A DNA stretch of 64,000 bases, from positions 30,997 to 94,996 of IMG/VR virus record IMGVR_UViG_3300031576_000012, one strand, 5' to 3'. The stretch is from a virus. The position numbers were made by a program, and so were the translations under genes. Under the pieces are notes generated by a model. That model saw nothing but the letters and a program-made list of their open reading frames with translations, made no database searches and had not been told where the DNA came from. This document shows positions 17,757-25,212 of this stretch, one piece after another (position 1 is the first letter of the stretch; the number at the start of each line of letters is the position of its first letter).

Positions 17757-18129
17757 CATTTAATTTCAGCAATCCTTCAAAGGAATGCTAAACCTATCTA
17801 TCGCATATAAAGGGTTAATAGGCTATGATAGAGCATAGATAAATCGTTGATATTACAAGGAAATATGCATATTATTGATATTGTTAGTTATTATTAGCAG
17901 TAACCGGATTTCCCCAACATGCTACATAGCACTATATACTATGGCAATAAACCTACCTATTATCCCTATTGCTCAATATTGCCCATTCCTATATATACCC
18001 TAACCCCCTATGTAGTACATTCTTATATGCAAGCTTAGTGCCAATTGTATTAGCGGCGCTAACATACATGACCATACATCAAAGGTTTGTTCCCTCTGCA
18101 ACATACATGCCAAGGTACAAAGATATTGC

Positions 18130-18158
18130 TTGACATATAATCCTATTCCTGGTATAAT
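18130..18158 (+). promoter_or_regulatory. rightward consensus sigma70-type promoter
   Basis: TTGACA-N17-TATAAT with TGn extended -10. Confidence 0.85.
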
Positions 18159-18363
18159 ATATGCATGTGTTATGTATATAAGCATAATTCATTGCACCCT
18201 ATATATGTATTATTACATATTGATAATTGAATGTCAATATATAAATTGATTAATGATTTCAATATGATATGGGTATGGCATAGGGTATGCATACATGATA
18301 AGGGGTACGGTTATATGCACATTGTATGCCATAGGCCACTGGTACCCCAAATGATAACAACAA

Positions 18364-18388
18364 TTTTAGCAAAGGAACAATCATTCCT
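18364..18388 (+). repeat. left copy of inverted repeat
   Basis: GGAACAATCATTCCT (18374-18388) is the exact reverse complement of 20849-20863; the match extends imperfectly to about 25 bp. Confidence 0.85.
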
Positions 18389-18667
18389 ATGAGTTTAATG
18401 GATGAATTACAAGATCATATTCATAACTGGATGAATTCACACGGAAAAGAGCCTCCTTGTATTAATGTGACTCTCTCTGAGTATAAAATAATAGAGAAGG
18501 AATTACTCAGTAACGCTAATACCCTCTATATGCCATTACAGGGGGGAGCTAAACTACTGAGTTTTGATGGAGTTCATATTAACATAGCACAAGAATCTGA
18601 TCTTGGGGAGTCAATAGATGAGGAACAAGAGCAAGTCTGGTATGCTCAAGAGTATGACCAAGAGTAG
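18389..18667 (+). CDS. acidic hypothetical protein
   Basis: AGGA RBS; first gene after the rightward promoter. Confidence 0.7.
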   Translation: MSLMDELQDHIHNWMNSHGKEPPCINVTLSEYKIIEKELLSNANTLYMPLQGGAKLLSFDGVHINIAQESDLGESIDEEQEQVWYAQEYDQE

Positions 18668-18821
18668 TATAAAGGTAGTACTTAATAAAAAGATTGACAA
18701 AGCTATTACCGATATGTTACAATACGTTATAGATAGGGTAGACTTAGAGAAGGCAGAACTAGCTGAAGAAGAACAGGATAGACTTGAGAGAGAATATGGA
18801 AGAACCAAGAATAAAGACTGA
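18618..18821 (+). CDS. hypothetical protein
   Basis: GGGGAG RBS. Confidence 0.65.
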   Translation: MRNKSKSGMLKSMTKSSIKVVLNKKIDKAITDMLQYVIDRVDLEKAELAEEEQDRLEREYGRTKNKD

Positions 18822-19062
18822 AGAGCACAGTTTTATGCATCAAGGGGACTGTATAGGACATACTCATAAGTTTACAATTAAGATTAGTACGGTTCCAAAT
18901 GTAACTCCTGGGCAGCTTGTAGAAGTATTCAGGGATGACGTAAAGATTATGAACTATATGATATTAAACGATCAGTGTCCAAGGGTGATCTCTACATACT
19001 TTAAAGAAGAAGAGGGAACCCAGGATGAGTATAATATAAAATATTCAAAAGAAGAGGAATAA
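18796..19062 (+). CDS. hypothetical protein
   Basis: Overlap-coupled ORF, likely start MEEPRIK. Confidence 0.65.
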   Translation: MEEPRIKTEEHSFMHQGDCIGHTHKFTIKISTVPNVTPGQLVEVFRDDVKIMNYMILNDQCPRVISTYFKEEEGTQDEYNIKYSKEEE

Positions 19063-19070
19063 ACATTCCT

Positions 19071-19373
19071 ATGTCAGATCCTAAAGATATATTGGCTGAA
19101 ATTATGGACCAGGATGAATATAAGCCTAAACGAGAGAACGCTGTGATCAAGATCCAAATACAGGATAAGTATGGTCAGGTTTACGGCGTTACTGAAACGC
19201 TCGTGGGCGCGGTTGCGGATTATGACCCCCGCGATGTCTCTGAAAGAGTGGAGGAGAAGCTCCTTGTCCTCCTTCAGGAGATCTTATACGGAACACGAGA
19301 TCCAGACGAGGATAAAGAAGAGCGGGAGGTAGACAATGAGCAAACCATCAAAGATTACGAGCAAAAAGAATAA
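19071..19373 (+). CDS. acidic hypothetical protein
   Basis: GAGGA RBS; ends DNEQTIKDYEQKE. Confidence 0.75.
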   Translation: MSDPKDILAEIMDQDEYKPKRENAVIKIQIQDKYGQVYGVTETLVGAVADYDPRDVSERVEEKLLVLLQEILYGTRDPDEDKEEREVDNEQTIKDYEQKE

Positions 19374-19566
19374 GGTCTCTTTTCCTAATGGAAGTATGGT
19401 GGTTATGGATGAGCATCAGTTGGATGCTTTGACCTACCTTACAGCTGAACTTAAGAACTCCAATCAGTTTGTTTATGGTACATTCTTAGATATCTGGAAC
19501 GAATTATATGAGAAAGAGGCTGAAAACGAAAGCCTTATAAGGGAATATGAGCAGAAATCGAGCTAA
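19336..19566 (+). CDS. hypothetical protein
   Basis: GGGAGGT RBS; ends ENESLIREYEQKSS. Confidence 0.75.
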   Translation: MSKPSKITSKKNKVSFPNGSMVVMDEHQLDALTYLTAELKNSNQFVYGTFLDIWNELYEKEAENESLIREYEQKSS

Positions 19567-19642
19567 CCGACTGATATCATGGATAATTTCGGTGGTCGCG
19601 GCGGTTTTACTCTACCTTTACGTGAAAACCCAGGTCAAATAG
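19547..19642 (+). CDS. 31-aa single-pass membrane peptide
   Basis: Below cutoff: MSRNRANRLISWIISVVAAVLLYLYVKTQVK; AAGGGA RBS; fills the gap exactly. Confidence 0.6.
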   Translation: MSRNRANRLISWIISVVAAVLLYLYVKTQVK

Positions 19643-19649
19643 GCGTGAG

Positions 19650-19907
19650 ATGAGAAAAAAACGGAAAAAAACGGAAAAACAGAAACCGCTGGGTCCGGTA
19701 CCAAAGACCCCTAAAGAACTTTTTGAGATACACATGGACAAAATCGAGCCAGGACTGGCAAAAGCAGTAGGAAAGTATGCGGATTTCATTAATCCCTTCT
19801 TAAAGATGCCTAAGCTTACTCCTGATAGACAATTAATCAATAAAGAAGAAGAGAATGAACGATTAATCGAGGAATATCAACAAGTTAACAAGAAAGAGGA
19901 GTCTTAA
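19650..19907 (+). CDS. hypothetical protein
   Basis: Basic N-terminus; ends ENERLIEEYQQVNKKEES. Confidence 0.7.
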   Translation: MRKKRKKTEKQKPLGPVPKTPKELFEIHMDKIEPGLAKAVGKYADFINPFLKMPKLTPDRQLINKEEENERLIEEYQQVNKKEES

Positions 19908-20123
19908 ATGGAATATACACAATCTAAATTGGTTTTAGAGCTTCTATCCAAAGCGTTAGAGTTCTATGCCAAGGACGAGAACTATGAAACGGTACCAACA
20001 GATGATGACACAGATAGCTTTGCGTTACTCCCTAGTGAAGTAGAACGTGATCGTGGTCGGGTAGCGAAGGAAACATTACACAATATCAGGGAGATTATGG
20101 GAAAAGAAGAGAAACATGGATAG
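19908..20123 (+). CDS. hypothetical protein
   Basis: GAGGAG RBS; ALEFYA motif common in phage early proteins. Confidence 0.75.
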   Translation: MEYTQSKLVLELLSKALEFYAKDENYETVPTDDDTDSFALLPSEVERDRGRVAKETLHNIREIMGKEEKHG

Positions 20124-20331
20124 GATAGAACAATTTGTCAATGAGTATGTAGGATTTATGTCTATAAACGACACAGATGCCGCAGGACAAGCGGAACTAC
20201 TAAAGGAGATGGTCAAGGATCTCCTTGTAGAAGATCGTCTCAGGACGCTCAATATAATCGAAATTAAAGGTATTCCCTTAGACAGTCAGACCAAGAATAC
20301 AATCTTGGGGGAGGAAATCAATGCCTTTTAA
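20116..20331 (+). CDS. hypothetical protein
   Basis: Coupled ORF. Confidence 0.7.
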   Translation: MDRIEQFVNEYVGFMSINDTDAAGQAELLKEMVKDLLVEDRLRTLNIIEIKGIPLDSQTKNTILGEEINAF

Positions 20332-20515
20332 GGTTTATACATCAGATGAGGCTAAACTGGAAGCCAAGTTGAATGAAATCCAGGAATCAGGGGAGAATGT
20401 GGTTCAAGTTGTACTTATGGTATGGCAAGATGCAGAATCCGCTTATTTTAAAATTATATCGTTATCAATGGCTCCTTGGAAGCCTAAACAGGAACCAGAA
20501 AGTCAAAAACAATGA
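20321..20515 (+). CDS. hypothetical protein
   Basis: GGAGGA RBS. Confidence 0.7.
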   Translation: MPFKVYTSDEAKLEAKLNEIQESGENVVQVVLMVWQDAESAYFKIISLSMAPWKPKQEPESQKQ

Positions 20516-20835
20516 AAAAGCTAATAATATCCACGTTTTGCATGTTGTCTATGTTTGGCTGTGCTGATAAGTTTGATCTGTCAGAATATAGCAATAATCA
20601 GATTACAGAGGCTCGTGAGAAGTGTGCTTTTGGAACAATGAAGGTTTTAAATGAAAAGTCTCCATTAGAGATTGAAAAGATCATTTGTAGCCTAAAGAGC
20701 AGAAAAGATCACTGTAAGATCACTCCAGAGGAAGTTCAGGAGTTTACCTTAAGAGTATTCAATTCTTGTGTAGAAGGGGTGCTTAAGAGTCAAAAACCTG
20801 AGTTTGAACCTAAAAAGGGCCAGTTTCCGGTATAA
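20512..20835 (+). CDS. putative lipoprotein
   Basis: MKK + hydrophobic stretch + lipobox-like MFGC. Confidence 0.7.
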   Translation: MKKLIISTFCMLSMFGCADKFDLSEYSNNQITEAREKCAFGTMKVLNEKSPLEIEKIICSLKSRKDHCKITPEEVQEFTLRVFNSCVEGVLKSQKPEFEPKKGQFPV

Positions 20836-20848
20836 GTGAAAATAGTTG

Positions 20849-20875
20849 AGGAATGATTGTTCCCTTTTGTTAGAA
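20849..20875 (-). repeat. right copy of inverted repeat
   Basis: AGGAATGATTGTTCC(CTTTTGTTAGAA), reverse complement of the 18364-18388 element. Confidence 0.85.
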
Positions 20876-20974
20876 AAAGGGTGAATATTAGGATAACTGT
20901 ATAGAAGTCTGTTTATTGGTCTGGGCTTATGATTAACTCCTTAGAAACTTTACGTTTTTGAGGATGTTACGTTT

Positions 20975-21181
20975 TTGAGTTATATCATGAATGAAAGATT
21001 AAACCGCCCAGATTTAATTAAGCTTACTTTATTGTTAGAATATTACGATGAAATCCTTATTAATCACGCCCAGGCCAAAATAGTGATTCTTTCGGAACAT
21101 CGGAACATTCTACAGGAACGAAGCCGTATTTTGTCTCTCTTGCGGGATAAAAGAAAAAAGGCATTATTGTTGAGTAGATAA
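20975..21181 (+). CDS. hypothetical protein
   Basis: Leu-rich ORF; start uncertain. Confidence 0.5.
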   Translation: MSYIMNERLNRPDLIKLTLLLEYYDEILINHAQAKIVILSEHRNILQERSRILSLLRDKRKKALLLSR

Positions 21182-21206
21182 TCTTATTCTAGTGAGGTAA
21201 TCAACC

Positions 21207-21713
21207 GTGATGAGCGAAAAGCCATTCAAACAGAAGTTTAAAGAACTAATGGATGACGCTTCTAAACTCGTTAAGGAAGCTACCCCAAAAGAAATAGAAG
21301 AGATTAAGGTTAATCTATTTAATACAACTATTCTCCCTTCCTCAGACCTGGTTTGCAAAACCGACGAGGAATTTGATTTACGAGTACTTTATCGTATTAC
21401 AGGAGTCATTGGTGAATTGCCTTACATTCTTATACATCATGATGAACTTACAGACGCGCAAATCGAAAAGCATCGACAAAAAGCTCTCTCTGAGCACAAA
21501 AAGTTCATCTTACCCTCTATTGTCGAACCAATCTCAAATCACCCTGATCGCCAATTTACCCCTTATCTCGTATTTCCAACACACGACAAATTACTTTTTC
21601 TATTGCCTCTCGAAGGCTCGGCTTTTTCTGATATCGAATTTGAAGATCCACAATCTGAATCTGATGAGGATTTAGAAGACGATTTCGACTTTCCATCTGA
21701 GGATGAAGAATAG
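21207..21713 (+). CDS. hypothetical protein with acidic tail
   Basis: GAGGT RBS; C-terminal D/E/F-rich tail. Confidence 0.75.
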   Translation: MMSEKPFKQKFKELMDDASKLVKEATPKEIEEIKVNLFNTTILPSSDLVCKTDEEFDLRVLYRITGVIGELPYILIHHDELTDAQIEKHRQKALSEHKKFILPSIVEPISNHPDRQFTPYLVFPTHDKLLFLLPLEGSAFSDIEFEDPQSESDEDLEDDFDFPSEDEE

Positions 21714-22010
21714 CTGGTGAAGGAAACGAGTATGGTGAAAACTATACTCATGCAATTCCTCCCAACTATCCCTTTAAAAAAGGATAGTACTTCCTCCTCA
21801 TCTGTTGGGCTAGGTGGCTTCGGCTGCCTAGTCCTTCAGAATTTATGTTCTTAAAGGCATAAACACAGTTTATGTTTTAAAAGACATAGATGCTTATACT
21901 GATGTGGCCATAAGCTTTAAACGGCCCGTGAAAGTGACCGCAAGGTCTGTGCAGCTATGCCCTATCCTACGTAGTAGGAATATAAGACTTAAATATGTTA
22001 TAGGGAAGTA
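21696..22010 (+). ncRNA. candidate structured non-coding RNA
   Basis: GAAA-, UUCG- and GCAA-capped helices, G-U pairs and an H-type pseudoknot within a 300-nt intergenic gap (see findings). Confidence 0.5.
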
Positions 22011-22014
22011 TTCT

Positions 22015-22212
22015 ATGGATATTAAAAATACATTAAAAATAGTCGGTATCTATGCAGGGGTCGCTATAGCGTACATTCTTGCTGTAGATTTTTTTGCTGG
22101 TTACTTCCTTGGCAAATTCGATTATTGTATGGTAAAAATGTTTTTTAGTATGATCTTAGGTTGTTTTGCTCTTCATCCTCTTTCCAGATGGATTATTGGA
22201 AAAATTCTATAA
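22015..22212 (+). CDS. small two-TM membrane protein
   Basis: ATG 22015 after AGGGA; two hydrophobic segments. Confidence 0.6.
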   Translation: MDIKNTLKIVGIYAGVAIAYILAVDFFAGYFLGKFDYCMVKMFFSMILGCFALHPLSRWIIGKIL

Positions 22213-22613
22213 TGGCTAAACCAAAAGATAACATAACCAAAAACAGTTCAGTTGCTACAAAGAAACCTGAAATGATTAATGGTGCCCCAGTTCGTAAGAG
22301 TGGGTCTGCTATTGCATCTATGCCAAAAAAGGAATATGTCAATACTATGAAATTTGACTATTCTAGTTTAGAATATAAGCAATATCCTAATAGGGTCAAA
22401 GTAAATATAGAATTGAATGAAGAGAGATTCCCAGCGGAATCTAAAGTTCCTCCTTATGATAAATATGATGAAAAGGGGAACTACATTAAAAATAAGTTTA
22501 TTGCTACTGAAAAGAAAGTGAAGAAGGTAGAAGGAGTAAAATACTCAATAGGTCAACTAGTGAGAGAACATGCCCTTTCTAACCCTCATAAAAACAATGG
22601 AAGAAAAAGATAA
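22212..22613 (+). CDS. basic hypothetical protein
   Basis: TAATG-coupled start MAKPK. Confidence 0.7.
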   Translation: MAKPKDNITKNSSVATKKPEMINGAPVRKSGSAIASMPKKEYVNTMKFDYSSLEYKQYPNRVKVNIELNEERFPAESKVPPYDKYDEKGNYIKNKFIATEKKVKKVEGVKYSIGQLVREHALSNPHKNNGRKR

Positions 22614-23145
22614 AACCTTATCCATCGTAAAAGATGAAGAAAAGGACAATCAGGAATTTACGAAGCTTTCTCTAAAAAAAAGAGTCGAGGCACTAGCACC
22701 TGGAAAATATAATCTTTTTCAAGAACTTTTACAAGAAATTCAAGCTTCAGATATTATTGATAATCTTCAAGGTAAAGATCTTTATCTTGAGAATCAATTA
22801 GCAAGATTAAAAATTCTTATTACAAATAAGTTTTCTTCAGATAAAGAAACAGCTGATTTGTTATTAGAATACACTCCTCCTGAACGAACTATTTATGGTT
22901 GGTTTATTGATGAGTGGAAAGAAGCAGTAATGTTAAAAGTTAAGTCTTCTTTTAGATTTAATGAATCAAGACGTTCTGCAGTATTTGATTCTATTTATAA
23001 AAAAGCAGTGGAAAAGGGAGACATGAAGGCTGCTGAGTTGTTTTGCAAACTCTCAGGAGATTTAGAATCGGGGAAGGGTTCTAAGGAATCTAAAGAAATG
23101 GAAGACTTTAAAGACTTCAATAGGATTCTTCATGGCAAAAAATAA
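22570..23145 (+). CDS. terS: putative terminase small subunit
   Basis: Directly upstream of terL; HTH-like PERTIYGW and SIYKKAVEKGDMKAAELF pattern. Confidence 0.7.
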   Translation: MPFLTLIKTMEEKDKTLSIVKDEEKDNQEFTKLSLKKRVEALAPGKYNLFQELLQEIQASDIIDNLQGKDLYLENQLARLKILITNKFSSDKETADLLLEYTPPERTIYGWFIDEWKEAVMLKVKSSFRFNESRRSAVFDSIYKKAVEKGDMKAAELFCKLSGDLESGKGSKESKEMEDFKDFNRILHGKK

Positions 23146-23148
23146 TCT

Positions 23149-24624
23149 ATGTCACAATACGGCGAACCGCTTAAAATCCATGAATTGCATGTTGAAGAAC
23201 TAGTAGAGGAATTCTCGAAACGAGGCATTACTACCACTTCTTCAAAGATTGGTAAGCTACATCCAGCACAAATTCAAATCGTTCATGACGTAGGAAGATT
23301 CAAAGTATTAGCCTGTGGAAGACGTTTTGGTAAATCTTTGTTCTGTACGGCTGTAGCAGCTGCAGTTGCTATGCAGCCAGGAAGAAAGATCTGGATTGTT
23401 TCTGATAACTATGGTCTAACAGATAGAGTATTTGCAGAACTTTATCATCTTTTTGTTAATGAATTGAAATTAGCTGACTCTTCTAAAGGTGGAGCATCTT
23501 CTAAATTAAACAGATACATCAGATTACCTAATGGCAGTGTCATTGAAGGTAAATCTTGTGAAAACCGCAAATCTCTCGTAGGTGAATCTATTGATTTACT
23601 TATTTGGGATGAGTGCGCTTTAACTGTTGGAGGGGAAGATATCTGGAATCAGGAGCTTCGTCCTACTTTAATTGATAGAGAAGGTTCAGCTATCTTCATT
23701 TCTACTCCCCGTGGGAGAAACCATTTGTATAAGTTTTATATGAATGGGTTAGAAGGTATAGCTGCCAGAGAGAAACAGGCTCAAGGCTTACCTCTTACTG
23801 AAGATGAAACTATAAAATCAGAATGGTCAGGATTTAAATTTAGTTCTTATTGCAATACCACCAATCAAGGTGGCTATTTGAAGAAATCAGAAATTGATTC
23901 AATGAGACTATCAATGCCTGATGTTAAGTTTAGGCAAGAAGTTATGGCTGATTTTACAGCTGTAGCTGATTCTGTGTTCCCTGAATTTGCACAAGAGACT
24001 CAAGTTGTTGATTGGGACTTCAATCCAGCATGGCCAGTTTATGTGGCAATGGATTTTAACTACCAAACACCTTGTACTTCTTTGTATCTTCAAATTGATC
24101 CTAACAATAATATCTTAGTAATTGATGAATATCATCCTAAAGACGCACATAAAACCGTGCATCAACAGGCTAAACAGCTTTTAGAGATGGATCAAAGGTA
24201 TAATAAGAGAATTGAACTTATTGTAGCAGATATAGCTGGAAAACAGAAAGATCTAAATGGAAGAAGTGCATGGGATGATCTAGCTGATTGGAATATATAC
24301 CCAGTTGGCAGAAAGCAAAAAATAGAAACAGGTTGTGATTTAATTCGTTTATGGTGTTCATACCCTAAAGTAGACCAAAATAATCAACCTGTGTTTGATA
24401 AAGAAGAAAAACATATCGTATATCCTAAACTCTTTGTAAATAATAGATGTAAAAATTTAATATTTGCCTTAGAAGCTGCTCGTGCTCCAGAGGGGCAAGG
24501 TGGGGTTTCTAAAGAAGGATATAGAAAAGATGGTATAACAGACGGTCCATTAGATGCACTTCGGTATATTCTAGTGTACCTCTTACATGATTCCAATTTA
24601 GTTGGAACATTACCAGTAGTTTAA
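23149..24624 (+). CDS. terL: terminase large subunit
   Basis: CGRRFGKS Walker A, LLIWDECA Walker B, ISTPRG coupling motif, nuclease AMDFNY and DGPLDALRY. Confidence 0.95.
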   Translation: MSQYGEPLKIHELHVEELVEEFSKRGITTTSSKIGKLHPAQIQIVHDVGRFKVLACGRRFGKSLFCTAVAAAVAMQPGRKIWIVSDNYGLTDRVFAELYHLFVNELKLADSSKGGASSKLNRYIRLPNGSVIEGKSCENRKSLVGESIDLLIWDECALTVGGEDIWNQELRPTLIDREGSAIFISTPRGRNHLYKFYMNGLEGIAAREKQAQGLPLTEDETIKSEWSGFKFSSYCNTTNQGGYLKKSEIDSMRLSMPDVKFRQEVMADFTAVADSVFPEFAQETQVVDWDFNPAWPVYVAMDFNYQTPCTSLYLQIDPNNNILVIDEYHPKDAHKTVHQQAKQLLEMDQRYNKRIELIVADIAGKQKDLNGRSAWDDLADWNIYPVGRKQKIETGCDLIRLWCSYPKVDQNNQPVFDKEEKHIVYPKLFVNNRCKNLIFALEAARAPEGQGGVSKEGYRKDGITDGPLDALRYILVYLLHDSNLVGTLPVV

Positions 24625-24648
24625 GAATAGCAAAGTAAGGAAGATAAA

Positions 24649-24969
24649 ATGGCAGATCCACATATTGACAGTCGTAAGCGTGTTCGTGAAAGAATTGAAC
24701 CTACGGTTGTTCACAACACAGCAGAATTAAATGGCACAAACACAGTAGGAACTGTTCGACTTGACATTGTATGTCAGAGAATTACGGTCGAACTAGGTAG
24801 TCTAACTGCGAACGTAGATGGTTCGATTAATGGGAAGAATTTCTTCTCAATCGCAGCCGCTGCTACGGGCCGTGTTAGCTATGGCACAACAGCAGGTAAT
24901 CACTTAGTAAAGTGGGTAAAAATCACTCGAACAGCTGGTACTGATGTAGCCGTAGTCATTGGAGTTTAA
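24649..24969 (+). CDS. beta-rich putative virion protein
   Basis: DGSINGKNF-type beta-sandwich pattern; AAGGA RBS. Confidence 0.7.
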   Translation: MADPHIDSRKRVRERIEPTVVHNTAELNGTNTVGTVRLDIVCQRITVELGSLTANVDGSINGKNFFSIAAAATGRVSYGTTAGNHLVKWVKITRTAGTDVAVVIGV

Positions 24970-24971
24970 AA

Positions 24972-25196
24972 ATGCCTAGTACCCCTAAGTTATTGAGGTA
25001 CTCATCGGGGTTTTTTAAGCTTGTAAAAGAAGAACTACCAGAGGCTATCAAAAACGATAATGAGTTGCATACTAAAGTACTAGTTTTACTTTATAATAAG
25101 TATGCGAACAAATCATGGGGGAACACTCTTCCCACACAACGTTATGAAGAGATGAATAATTACGTTTATACGTTATTAGAAGAATATTTCGAATAA
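24972..25196 (+). CDS. hypothetical protein
   Basis: GGAG RBS. Confidence 0.65.
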   Translation: MPSTPKLLRYSSGFFKLVKEELPEAIKNDNELHTKVLVLLYNKYANKSWGNTLPTQRYEEMNNYVYTLLEEYFE

Positions 25197-25212
25197 ACAT
25201 GGAGTAAAAACA

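Noticed and set aside
21700-21770. tRNA or tmRNA (TAGCTGGTGA, TGCAATTCC T-loop-like words)
   Set aside because: No cloverleaf, anticodon arm, CCA end or tag reading frame; no tRNA seen anywhere in the window
21761-21845. HDV-like/theta ribozyme (UCCUC loop, UUCG-capped P4-like stem)
   Set aside because: Could not build P2 and P3 or the nested double pseudoknot
21899-21933. Hammerhead ribozyme (CUGAUG...GGCC...GGCC...GAAA)
   Set aside because: Core reads CUGAUGU not CUGAUGA, GAAA is separated from stem II by CGU, and I find no stem III/NUH arrangement
21904-22014. N-terminal extension of ORF 21904..22212
   Set aside because: GTG start lacks an RBS and lies within the structured RNA; ATG 22015 has an RBS
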